Assembly (NCBI GenBank): GCA_032718475.1
Contig: JAUCBJ010007816.1
Coordinates: forward strand, 1-64,000
Source of the DNA: Nemertoderma westbladi
Lineage: Eukaryota > Animalia > Xenacoelomorpha
DNA: 64,000 bases
Direction: 5' to 3'
Shown here: positions 28,101 to 39,153 of the stretch, piece by piece
Layout of the letters: each line of letters starts with the position of its first letter
How positions within the stretch are numbered: the first letter of the stretch is position 1
Program-made: the position numbers and the translations under genes
The notes under the pieces: generated by a model
The model's database searches: none
The model's input: the letters and a program-made list of their open reading frames with translations, nothing else
What the model was told of the DNA's origin: nothing

Positions 28101-29904
28101 CTCCGTTGTTCGGTAGGCTCACAAGTCTTCCTCGAAGTCGTAGATTGCGATGTAAACTGAATCCGTGGTCGCGTAATGGCGTTTGAGTCTAACGGCCTTG
28201 AAGGCCTGAATACGATTGGGTTTGCGTAGTGTGTCACAGGTTTAGGTGTCGAAGGTTGACTCACCTGTTTAGTCGTCATTAATGTAGGTCCGACCAATAA
28301 ACTACTACGATTGGTAATTGGCGGGTTACTTACCTGAACTTTCGGAATAGGCGATGACGTTGCTCTTGGCGGTATAAACTTATCCGGAATAATGAACCTG
28401 TGATCCGTCGCATCATGTATAGGAGATATATTACTACTACCCGCAATCGAAACAGGTTCTTTGGTCGTAATTGATGCAAACATATGAGTTACTTGAGGAA
28501 ATCGTTGACATAATTCACCAACCAGCTCTCATCCTCGCTCAGGTGCTCCTACACTTCCTTCCTTTATTTGTTCCTGAATTTGGCGGTGCCTTACTTCTAT
28601 CCGGTCTAGATCGTGTCCGTCTCGAGATCTCATCGATCGATCGCGGGCTTTAAGATCCAGATCTTCCTTGGCGTTAGCTAATTCTCTCGCCTTCCTTTCG
28701 AGTTCGAAATGAAGTTTAACCTCTTTCTCGCGTTGTTCCGTTTGTTGTTGTTGTGCCTCTAACTCTGCTAGTCGTATGGCTGATTGAGCCTTTATTTGCC
28801 GTTTTTTCATTTCGGCTCTCGCTTCTGAAACTAACCTTTGTCGCTCTAACTCAGCCGCTGCCGCTGCCGTTTGTCGCTCTAACTCGGCCGCTGCTGCTGC
28901 CGCTGCCGCTTGTTGTGCAATGTCCAACTCTAACCTTTCCATCTCGGCTGCTTCCAACTCGGCTTGTTCTTGCAGATGAGAGATTCTCGCAACATTCGCA
29001 ACGCGTAGTTTCTCTTCCTCTACTGCTGCTTGTACCATTAACAGTTGAGTTTGTTCCTTCATCTCCTGTTGTTGTCTGTAGAACTGCTGCTGTTGTCGAG
29101 CAATTTCTGACGTTACAATACTCACCTCGCCAATTTCGCTGCGAATACTCACCAATGATTGATCCATTATTCCCGGTGCCAGTTCGATTTGTGCGTGTGA
29201 AGTTTCCCTCGTAGCCTCCGGCACGGTTTCCCAATCTCCGACGTCTTCGCCGCACATACGTAAGTGATCCGTCAGATGTTTCAATTGTCCATCCAGCCTA
29301 TACAATTCCTGTTCTTCCTCGGGCTGTAATAACTCGTCGGAAACTGACTCACCTAGCAACTGGTCCGCTTGTTCCTGCTGTATCAGTCTAACGGTCGTCT
29401 TAAACTTAATCAGTTTCTAAGCTCCATCAGGATTCTAAGCTGAGTGTCTGAGTCCTGTCTTTGTCTAGCTAGATCTTGTAGACTGATTAGGTTATCTACG
29501 GACTTATGTACTTTACTTTGTACTCTAACCTGTAGGGTGTAAAACTCGAACCGAGACATCGGAGCGGTCAACTCGTCTAATATGCGTTGGCCTTCTCGAA
29601 TACTCCTGGTAATATGCGCCATGTATCCTCCGACGCTTCTAACTACGCTCTCTTGGCTTCCTACTGAACTTACCATGTCCGTTTCCCTGTGTCTAGGTTG
29701 CGGGACCGTTAGAAAATCCTCAGTCCTGCCGTCGCCTCATACTACAGCATCCGGTACTCCCGTTGGATGTACTGGTGACGCACACGGTGTAGGTTCGGTA
29801 GGCTCGCGAGTCTTCCCCTGTGGTTCTTCCGCTACTGACTTATCCGCGTCACATGAGTCATAGTCGGTAGGTGTATTCTTCGTATAGTCCTGTTTGTCAC
29901 TCAT
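25114..29904 (-). pseudogene. gag: B gag-protease with stops and frameshifts
   Basis: ATG at 29904; ORF pieces 29410-29676, 28529-29359, 27149-28483 and 25090-27189; PPKFSGNSKHWHTF, zinc knuckles, protease ILDSAS. Confidence 0.9.
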
Positions 29905-30713
29905 TTCGGTAGTTGTAAGTCAAGTAAAGTGAGTGTCAAAGTATCAAACTTACCGTATTTATATCTAAACGGTATTAATTACAGTCATATAAAATTAGCC
30001 TACCGGCCGATTTTATAGCAAATGGATAAAATTAGCCTAGCGGCCAATTTTACAACAAATAAATGTCACGGAGTAAGTATAATAAAATTAGCCTGGCGGC
30101 CAATTTTATAACAAATAAATCGGATAACGATATACGTTATCAAAAGGTAGATTAAATACAAATAATTAACGGACTAGTTCAGCAATAAACAAAGAAATCG
30201 TACGGAATGCATAAATGCTTGAGACAGTGGAACCCACAATAATTTTAACTAATACGGTAATGCCTAACTGATTTATGCAACTTTTCGAACTCACCCCCTC
30301 CAATAATTCTCCAGAAAAACAGATTCCCAGATACAAACCGGACGTGAACCTTTCCGTTTCCAGCGTTGTGGACGAAGTGCGATTTTCCCAACCAAAGTTG
30401 TTGAGTTATCTATCTCCCAAACTTGCGAAACACGGTCTTGCTCTCGTTACAGTCTAGAAATGAGCTCTGAATCCTGAAAAACAAAAGAGTTCGGTTTTAC
30501 TTTTACGAAAAATTTTGTACCGGTACAATATGGTATTTAAACCCTTTTAAACACCGGTATTCAATTCCAAATATTTTACACGCGGTTCAAATCAAAATTT
30601 TATTTCAAAAAATTAGCACTTAGCTAATCAAATACAAATTTTTACCTCAAAATACAAAATTTCAAATAATTTTTAGTCCTACTGAACCGTAGTTCAGTAA
30701 AACATATTCCTAC

Positions 30714-31134
30714 TGAAGCGAAGAGACGTACCTGATATCCTGCAATATCCTACTGTAAAGTTTGTGAATCAAAACATAATCCGACCTTCTCACCAAAACA
30801 GTAAACTCTAAGTAAGCGAATCTATTGCAGTATCGGTCTCTTATAACCGGTGAGGCAGAAGACAGTCTACGAACGGACAAACTTCGATAAAACAAAATCC
30901 CGCGCAGCGAATCCTAAAATCGGGCTGACTCACTGACGGACTAAGGGCGCTCGTATACTTTGCCGCGGTGTGATTTATATGTGGGTGAGAGATAGAGGCG
31001 CTAGCTAGATGTCTAACTAGCGGGCAAAGTGCAGTACGGACAAAATTATTTTATATATTTTGAGGTGTAAATAATTCCTAACTCGCGTGTGTCTTGATTC
31101 TAACAGCCAAAATCAGTTTTAGATCCTTCATATA
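30714..31134 (-). repeat. 5' LTR of B, U5-side piece
   Basis: Matches 15437-15857; cut by A2. Confidence 0.92.
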
Positions 31135-33310
31135 TGTTACGGTATATGGCGCTGTATCCACATTATTAGTCGTTATACTGTATGCAGTATTAGTCCGTTA
31201 TGCAGTATGCAATATTAGTCCGTTATACTGTACGTAATATTAGTCCGTTGTGCAGCATGATATTTTAGATAAGGCATAATAACGCAGTGGTATTTAGGTA
31301 GGGAAATCAAAACGCCCATATATTTGAAACCATCCATTTTGTATAGTATGTAGCCCTACCTACGTAATTTTGTATTAGGATATATGTAGATAGTTCCAGG
31401 GTAGCGAGTTTATTCGGACCCTGGATTTTGTGCTTGCTGATATTAGTTTGATAGGGCTAGCATAGGGACGCCGTCCTGGCCATTCAGTAGCCAGAGACGT
31501 GAACCATTACCATATATGGTAATAATTTGAGCAATAGGGCTACAATCCGGCCTCCTTATTGGATTAACTGCTTCCAGGTTGGTCTAATGCTAGCATGGAC
31601 TGGAGAGCCAATAGGAGAGCGATTGAGTCACCTTATTGCATCATCCCATCCGGATCACCTATAAATTGGCGGTGTGCCGGTAAAGCCTCACATGACACAT
31701 CGATTCTGTTCAACCTGTTTTACTGTTTTTCAATCTGTCACTGCTGTTGAGCTGTCTCTAATTTTGTATTAGGATATCGTATTTTCTGCAATTTGCTAAT
31801 TTGATTAATTTCTTGAAATGATTTGCTAGTGCGATTACTTGCTTGTGTTTCTCAATAATTCCTTCGATTACTGCTAATTACAATTGAACTATGATTTCTA
31901 CTCTTTGATTAATGGTTCTATGTGATTCCTTTCTGCGCAATAATCCTAAGGGATTTCTGAGACTTTCAGACTTTGTGATTTGCATGCGCCGCTACGGTAG
32001 CTATTAGCATCATGGAGGGCTAAGGTGCCAGTGGGCGGTGGGCGCATCGGGGGTTGAGCGACTAGGAGAGAGCGGAGGATTCAAAGCGGGCAACGCTGGC
32101 CAGGGTCACCGTTGCGGGCGGGTATCTTGCACTGCGGCACGCAGACCAATCGCTGGTACAGTATCTAGGGGGCTGATGATCCAGGTTTTGTCTCTATTTA
32201 GTATTAGGGGGGCAGGAATTGGGTTAGTTAGGAATCCTAGATGTACCCGGGAGAGGCCTGTGCGTATTACAACGTTGAGTGTGGAGTACGAGTAGTGAAT
32301 TGCACAATTGTAAACTGTGATTTCTAACGCTGATTGGTGTGTTATTGAAGTGTGCCTAAGATTACGAATGCTTAGATAGGCGCTCTTTTCCCTTTGATTG
32401 ATTTCTATTTCTTAGCTACAATAATTAGTTATTGATTAGGTCAAAGTAATACGGCAATTTAGGCTATTACTAGCGAAACCTGTTGCGTGATAAATTAGAA
32501 TTACGTATTCTGGAACTCTTAGTAATTAGTACGCTGTTAAATATTTGTGACTGTAATTAATTAGTAAAAATTAAGAATTAGTACGCAGCATAGCGGAGAG
32601 TAGCTAAGGTAATAATTAGTGTACTGTAAACTATTCATGCTGAGCGGTTATTTGCATTAGCGGGCAATCAGCTAGAACGCACTATTCGGTACGCACGATA
32701 CGCTAGTAGTTTTGCTGGCCTAAAGCCAGCCGCGGGCAGTTTTAGACTCGGGGTGGTATTATCCACGTAGAAACAGTTACTGTACCATTTTTGATATTTT
32801 AAATATTCTCACATTCACACATTACGTTAGGGAACCTCCAGTATTCGCGATTAGAAAGACGTAGGTAATAGCGTGCTTTAATAGTGATAAAATTAGGCGT
32901 AAGAATACTCTGAGTGCAAGGCCTCTCGCACTCGTCTTAAGTAAGCTTAGGGAGCCGACTCGGGTTTATTGTTTTGGTTATTCCTGCGTGGCTCATAGAT
33001 TCGAACAGTTAGCTCTCTATCGAGCGATCGGTAGAGAAAGGAACAAGCGATTTTGCAGGAGTTGTGTAAATTTAGTAAAATATATTAGTGGACGGCAGAT
33101 TAGCGCCATCCAACGGTAAGTAGCGGTTTTGTATTTAGCAACCCTTACAATTTAGTAATAGCACGCTCCTGATCCCCTTTACTTAACAGTAGAGCAGTTT
33201 TTGTGTCTTATTGGATAGGCGAGAGCTTATTAGGTTGGCAGAAGGATATTAACGGGTATTGGTCTGTTCAACAGTTCTGCTGTTAGTATAGAGGTCGCGG
33301 TTGTTTATCA
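31135..33310 (+). repeat. 5' LTR of A2
   Basis: TGTTAC...TTATCA; direct repeat of 43245-45421. Confidence 0.93.
31605..31666 (+). promoter_or_regulatory. Candidate LTR promoter (CCAAT and TATAAA)
   Basis: GCCAAT near 31607 and TATAAA at 31660-31665, conserved in all three A LTRs. Confidence 0.5.
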
Positions 33311-33321
33311 GTAATACGCGC
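33311..33321 (+). promoter_or_regulatory. Non-tRNA primer-binding-site position of A2 (GTAATACGCGC)
   Basis: Abuts the LTR end; complementary to 32260-32270 and 44371-44381. Confidence 0.65.
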
Positions 33322-34590
33322 TTTGTTTGCTGTAGGCTGTAGCGTACAGTAAATAGAGTATTCTTAGGCTGTTACTTTAGATTACTGATACTTCGTATCA
33401 GTAATACGCGCTATTGGCTGTTGCTTGCAGCGGTCAATAGAGTATTCTTAGGCTGATAGTAATATCATAGTATTAGGCAATAAATTGGAGCACGTGATCG
33501 TCTGCTGTAGGCTATAGGCTGGCGTACGGTAGAACATTAAGTATATTTATTCTATTAGGCTGTTAGTTTAGATTACTGTATTCACTGGCTGCGTACGATA
33601 GTACAGTAGTACATTAGGCTGATTGCTGTTACTGCGTACGGTAGAAAGGACATTTGTTTTGCCGTACCACACACAGTATCATTAGGCTGTTAGGTTGGTG
33701 TACTGTTTTACTTACTGTACTGCATACAGTGAATGTACGGTAGTGCGTTTTTGCTAATTGCGAATACAGCAGTTCCTTAGGCCTTAGGGCAAACTGTAAT
33801 TAGTAAGTTTTTTGAAAATTTTAGCTAGGTTTGCGAGAATTCAGTTTTCGGTCAAAATTATTTTGTAAAATTCTAGAGTTTTGTACCGGTATGTTAGGTA
33901 ACCGCTTAGTTATTTTATACCATCTGGAGATACATGGCAAGACGGAACTTCTGAGTTTGGGGTTCGTGTGGGTCTGCGGGTTCGGTTTGCAATCAGCGAA
34001 GGGCCTGAATCTTGGGACGCGGACGTGGAATCTCACAGCAAACAAGTTTAGTTGTTCTGTTGGCACCAGTGTGTTTGTGGAAGCAGTAAAAAATTATCGG
34101 TTGTTTAACTGCGAAGCTGAACTCAATTTATTAGTTAGGATATTTAGGTTTAGCCGGCCATGGTTTTGAATCGCTCAAGTTAGAGAGAGAGTTAGAGAGA
34201 GTCGCAATCCGAAGATGTAGCCACGCGCTAGTGGATACATATAATATTTGAAATTAAAATTACGTTGATTAGAGCTATATATATAAAATTAGAAATATTC
34301 GGGCGGCAAGTTTATTTGAATATTTTGTATTAGATTCAAAGTTATTTTGTGCTATACCGGTATTTAATACTATATAGTAGCTATATAATAATATTTTTGT
34401 TTAAATATTGTGCTAGTATTTGCTATAACTATATACCCCATTAAATTCACAATATTGCATTGCGAATTTATTTTGACATTTTGGACCAACTGATTATTTG
34501 ACAAATAATTTGACCGTGTTTCGGTTAAATTATAATTATATCTCGAACCTTTGCGAGATATTTTGCCGGAAGGCAAACATTATTTAGACT

Positions 34591-37500
34591 ATGAGTGTCT
34601 CAGACAAAGAGGCACTAGAGGACAGCTATGAGACGGCGGCTGGACCGCCGACTGACGATAGCGTAAATATTACTGTTGATGACAATGCCGACTATGACGA
34701 CGCAGCGAGCGACGCTGACGTAAGTGAACAGGAAGACGAGACAGTGACTAGTGAGGAAGAACAGCAGCCTCAGGTAATAGTATTAGGATCCCCTACCGCT
34801 ACTGATAGGAAGGACTGTACGGCAGCCCGGACAGAGGTGAGTGATAGGGAGAGTAGTGTAGCAGAAGCGAGAGCCCGGAGCCCGGTTTCCAGACCTGTGG
34901 GTATGGTAAGTGCCGTGGTCCCAACGGCTGTAAGGAGTACCCGTAGTTCCCGAAATAATCCTTCAAGTCCACCGAGTGTAAGTCAGGTAAGTGATAGAGA
35001 ACTTGATATCGCGATAAAGAAGAAACTTCGCGCGCATGCCGGACATATAACTCGGACGGCGGACAAGGTAAGAAAGATGTTAGCTGACTCAGCGAACATC
35101 GGGAGGGTAGAGTTAGTAGAGATTAGAAGAGGATATAACTCAGCGTTATTCAAGCAGACGGAGGAGCTTGCAGTCCTAGCGAAGAAGGCAGTAGAGTCTC
35201 AGTCGAGCGACGTGGCGACGAGGATTTACGACAGGGTTTTAGCAGCCTTGTTGGAGCACCGCGAGTTATCGGAGCGATTCCGACGAGTTAGGATGGAGAA
35301 CTGGCTGCTATGGGCATCACAAGCGCAGGCGACTCAGGTGAGTGACGCAGAGTTAAGAGACTTAGTGGAGCGGGAAGAGATCCAAGATAAGGAAGAGCGC
35401 CTTTATCAGATGGAAGTTACTAGCTGGCTGATGCAGAATGGAGTGGTGGTACCAGGTCAGGTGCTACCGACGACGGAGAACATTCAACAGAGGACGTTAA
35501 CTCCACCCGACGATGCATCCAGAGACAGCGGCGATTCCCAGGTTAGTCACGCGCGAGGGAAAGTTATATGTGCTAGATCCCTTGTTTCTCACAACTCGGC
35601 GGAGGAGAGAAGACGCCGACTAGACGAACAGCAGGCGGAAGTTTTGCGTGCATCGGAAGCACGGAAGGAAGCTGAGCGGGAACGGGAGCGCGCACGTAAG
35701 TTAGACGCAAAGTTGCGGGAGTTGGAAGACAAAGGTAAGCGTGAGCAAGCGGAACGCGAACGAAAAGAACGCGAACTCCAACTGAAACGCAAACAGAAAG
35801 AACGCGAACTCCAACTTGAACGCGAACGGGAAGCGAAGAAACGCGAACTCCAACTCGAACGCGATCAGGAAGCGAAGAAACGCGAACTCCAACTCGAACG
35901 CGAACAGAAAGAACGCGAACTCGAACTTGAACGCGAACGCAAGGAACGCGAACTCGAGATCGAGAAGGAGCGACAGATGTTGTATGAAGAAAAGGCGCGA
36001 CTGGAAGAAGAGAGCGTAGCGAGACGAGCGAGGGAAGAAGAAGAACGTAAACTGGCGCAGTTGGAAAGTGCGAGATTAAGTTTAGAGAGCGAAGAACGGA
36101 CTAGGAAGGCGAACGAAATCGCCGAGAAGGGGATGCGAATGATCGAAGAATGTGGGGCGAGTGTAGGGACAGAGTTGCGAGAACTGTTCGCACTGCAGAA
36201 GGCCGAACAGGAAGCGAGAACTCCGGCTATACGCGAGTCGACGACGACCAGAATTCCTATACCCGGTCCAGCTATTACGAGTACACGGATCGTTAAACCA
36301 TTCTCTACATATCGCACGCCAGTTGGTATTAGTGCTTCACCTATCGCCCAGGATCTACGTCATCGGAACGCCGCACCACTGTATACCGAACGTGACAACG
36401 GAGAATTTAGAGAAGAAACTCCGACGGGCCGAGTATTTGGCGAACCGAACCCGAGGGTTTGGAATACACGGACGGAGCGCCGACCCAGTTCGACGGAGAA
36501 CTTCCGGGTTAAACCGGAAGAGGGATCATATGAGAGACAGCGGATTACTCAGATAGAGCCGACTATACAACAGAACCCTAGCCAGGAATTTATTACGAGG
36601 GATGAGTTAAGTGCTAGTTTAGCGCAAGCTATATCGCCGCACATCCAACCTATAACGGACATGCTTAGCAACCTACGGTTAAAGGAAGCAGCCCAGGTAA
36701 GAAGTAACTCTAATCCCAGCAGGCCTGAGTTAGATAAAGTCCAGCCTAGTCAACGAGTACGTATATCGGAGGAAACTATACCACATAGACCTCAGGTAAG
36801 GACGCCTGTCCCGAATATCCATAATCCCAATTTCGAAAATTCGGCAGAGAAATTTATTGAGGATGCTTGGATCATGGCCTCGGCGCGCAAACCATCGCGA
36901 GCGCTAAGGACTGACACCGAGTCAAGCGATGAAGAGGAAGAAATGAGACGTCAGAAGTCCCGAAACTATAAGGAAAGAAGGACGGACGCGGAGCAGGTAA
37001 GTTGGAACCACCGGGAAAGGACCAGACTTAACAACCCTGCGGAACTAAACCATTTGTTAACCCGGAACAACGCAACCCTTAGGGACATAGGTAAGTTTGC
37101 TGCTAGGCAAGGACTGCCGACGCAACAACCCCAGAAGTTTATGGGCAACCACAAGCACTGGAGGACCTTTAAAACCTATGTCGACGAGCAGCTGACCAAC
37201 AGCACCTTTACTCCCAACGAGAAGTTCAACTATTTGCTTCAAATGCTCCATCGAGAACCTAGAGCCATTGCTGATAACTTCGTCGGCAACGAGAGAGCAT
37301 TTGAGTTAGCGATGAAGACACTTAGTGACATCTACGGGAATAAAACCAAGATGGCGCAGTCGATAGTAGAAGACTTGGGTAAGGGCGGAAGGATTACAAC
37401 TCCGTTAGAACTGTTGAACTTAGCGAACGCTATTTCGAACGCATTGGACATCTTGAGGACGGTGAATCTACCTCATCATGGTGATCACGCCGAGGTTTTG

Positions 37501-39153
37501 AAAAGCGTAATAAGACGTCTAAACATGCGTTACCGACAGAAATGGCGCAAATTAGAGAATAAGTTGGAGGGCCAAGGTAAAGTATTGACACTTCAACACA
37601 TTCATGACATGATAACCACAGATGCGGTAGCAGAGATGAAATCAAACTTCTCAGAGGAGAATATGAGGGAGTCTAAACCTGTTACCGGTAAGTCTATGGT
37701 AAGTTTTGACGACGACAGGACCACTGTGACATTTAACTCAGTAGACAGATATAATTCGAGTACCCCAGCCTTTAGATCAGACTCGCGAGTATGGTCAGGT
37801 GAGCGGTTAGATAGACCTAGGTTAAAGCAACAGGAGTTGCCGGATGGATTTGTAGGTTGCCAATACTGTTTACTAAAGGAGGTAAGATCTGACGACCATA
37901 AGTTAGATAGTTGCAGACGGTTCAAAGAATTAAATTCGGAACAGAGAAGAGTTCAAGTGCGGACGTTGGACACCTGTTGGGCATGTCTTGCGCCAGGCCA
38001 TGTACGGCGGCAGTGCCCGAACAGCAAGGACGGATGCATAGAATGCGGCAGACTACACCACAAGTTGCTACATGCGGATTTCCATACCCCAACGGACCGT
38101 TACTTACAGCGAAATCCTCACAGGAAGGGGAGCAAAGAACCCATATCGATAAGGAGGAATACGTACACTGGCATCCAGGACGATGGTTATCAACCAGGTT
38201 CGTCGGACGAGGATGGCGAGTCGAGCGCGAGAGAAGTGACCTGCCAAGGTTTCACTGCGGATAGTTCATCGACCAGCGCGCGGACGTATTTATCATCGGC
38301 CACGTCGGAAATATTTGGCGTGATTCCGGTGAAACTCACTGGAGATAAGGGATCTAAGCGAATATATGTGATGTTGGACACTGCGTCCACATTATCGTAT
38401 ATCGACAAGGAAGTGGCGAGAGCTGTTTCTAGCTTCCAGAACGCTGAGGAGATCCAAATAGAGTTGAAGTCTATGCACGGGGTAGGAGACCTCAAGGGAC
38501 ACAGAATTTCGGTAGAACTAGATTCCCTACTTCCGAGAGACCAACACACTCGACAAGAACGGAAAGCTTTGCCATTGGACGGATTTAAGTGTCTAGCTAT
38601 GAAGGGATTCGGCAGGCAGTTAGGTAAGGTGCCGCCGATGAGTCCCATAGCACAAGAGTATTTTGACAAGCTCAGGATACCCAGACATCAGGTAGGTTAT
38701 AGGAATGTTTCTATGTTAATTGGTGCAGAACAGCTGATCGCACACCAGATATGGGAAACGAGACCAGCTGAGCCGCATGTCAATGGACCACATGCCCATA
38801 GGACCATATTAGGTTGGTATACACGAGTACCCATGTCTTATGAGTTTACAGGTGGCGACAAGCCAATGAATAGATACGACGAATTACAGCCTATAACTCA
38901 ACCACCGTTAGTAGAACCACCAGACATAGACGAGTTTAGGAGAACCTGTATTGACCACTATAGTGACTTTAGTGAGTCGGACGAGGAGTTGATTCCCGAT
39001 AATGTTAGGTTGTCGGAACCACTTCATAACGACCGGACAGATAGTGAACCCGAGGACTACTGTTATCAGACCCGTGGGTCTGGTTCAGCGGCCCACGCTA
39101 CTTATCTGACTAACGTTTTGACTTATATCAAGTGGCTAAATATCGAGACCTAG
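34591..39153 (+). CDS. gag: A2 Gag-protease polyprotein (1520 aa)
   Basis: E/R coiled coil, PQKFMGNHKHWRTF gag motif, three Cys/His knuckles, MLDTAS; ends at a 16-bp deletion relative to A1. Confidence 0.92.
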   Translation: MSVSDKEALEDSYETAAGPPTDDSVNITVDDNADYDDAASDADVSEQEDETVTSEEEQQPQVIVLGSPTATDRKDCTAARTEVSDRESSVAEARARSPVSRPVGMVSAVVPTAVRSTRSSRNNPSSPPSVSQVSDRELDIAIKKKLRAHAGHITRTADKVRKMLADSANIGRVELVEIRRGYNSALFKQTEELAVLAKKAVESQSSDVATRIYDRVLAALLEHRELSERFRRVRMENWLLWASQAQATQVSDAELRDLVEREEIQDKEERLYQMEVTSWLMQNGVVVPGQVLPTTENIQQRTLTPPDDASRDSGDSQVSHARGKVICARSLVSHNSAEERRRRLDEQQAEVLRASEARKEAERERERARKLDAKLRELEDKGKREQAERERKERELQLKRKQKERELQLEREREAKKRELQLERDQEAKKRELQLEREQKERELELERERKERELEIEKERQMLYEEKARLEEESVARRAREEEERKLAQLESARLSLESEERTRKANEIAEKGMRMIEECGASVGTELRELFALQKAEQEARTPAIRESTTTRIPIPGPAITSTRIVKPFSTYRTPVGISASPIAQDLRHRNAAPLYTERDNGEFREETPTGRVFGEPNPRVWNTRTERRPSSTENFRVKPEEGSYERQRITQIEPTIQQNPSQEFITRDELSASLAQAISPHIQPITDMLSNLRLKEAAQVRSNSNPSRPELDKVQPSQRVRISEETIPHRPQVRTPVPNIHNPNFENSAEKFIEDAWIMASARKPSRALRTDTESSDEEEEMRRQKSRNYKERRTDAEQVSWNHRERTRLNNPAELNHLLTRNNATLRDIGKFAARQGLPTQQPQKFMGNHKHWRTFKTYVDEQLTNSTFTPNEKFNYLLQMLHREPRAIADNFVGNERAFELAMKTLSDIYGNKTKMAQSIVEDLGKGGRITTPLELLNLANAISNALDILRTVNLPHHGDHAEVLKSVIRRLNMRYRQKWRKLENKLEGQGKVLTLQHIHDMITTDAVAEMKSNFSEENMRESKPVTGKSMVSFDDDRTTVTFNSVDRYNSSTPAFRSDSRVWSGERLDRPRLKQQELPDGFVGCQYCLLKEVRSDDHKLDSCRRFKELNSEQRRVQVRTLDTCWACLAPGHVRRQCPNSKDGCIECGRLHHKLLHADFHTPTDRYLQRNPHRKGSKEPISIRRNTYTGIQDDGYQPGSSDEDGESSAREVTCQGFTADSSSTSARTYLSSATSEIFGVIPVKLTGDKGSKRIYVMLDTASTLSYIDKEVARAVSSFQNAEEIQIELKSMHGVGDLKGHRISVELDSLLPRDQHTRQERKALPLDGFKCLAMKGFGRQLGKVPPMSPIAQEYFDKLRIPRHQVGYRNVSMLIGAEQLIAHQIWETRPAEPHVNGPHAHRTILGWYTRVPMSYEFTGGDKPMNRYDELQPITQPPLVEPPDIDEFRRTCIDHYSDFSESDEELIPDNVRLSEPLHNDRTDSEPEDYCYQTRGSGSAAHATYLTNVLTYIKWLNIET

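Noticed and set aside
34474-34495. TGACA-TTTTGGACCAAC as LTR end plus tRNA PBS for family A
   Set aside because: It lies ~1.2 kb beyond the LTR end fixed by the 3' LTR and the TSD.
35590-36150. Trichohyalin- or myosin-like host coiled-coil protein
   Set aside because: Low-complexity, length-variable part of Gag.
39128-39153. Programmed gag-pol frameshift in A2
   Set aside because: Explained by a 16-bp deletion relative to A1, which reads through here.
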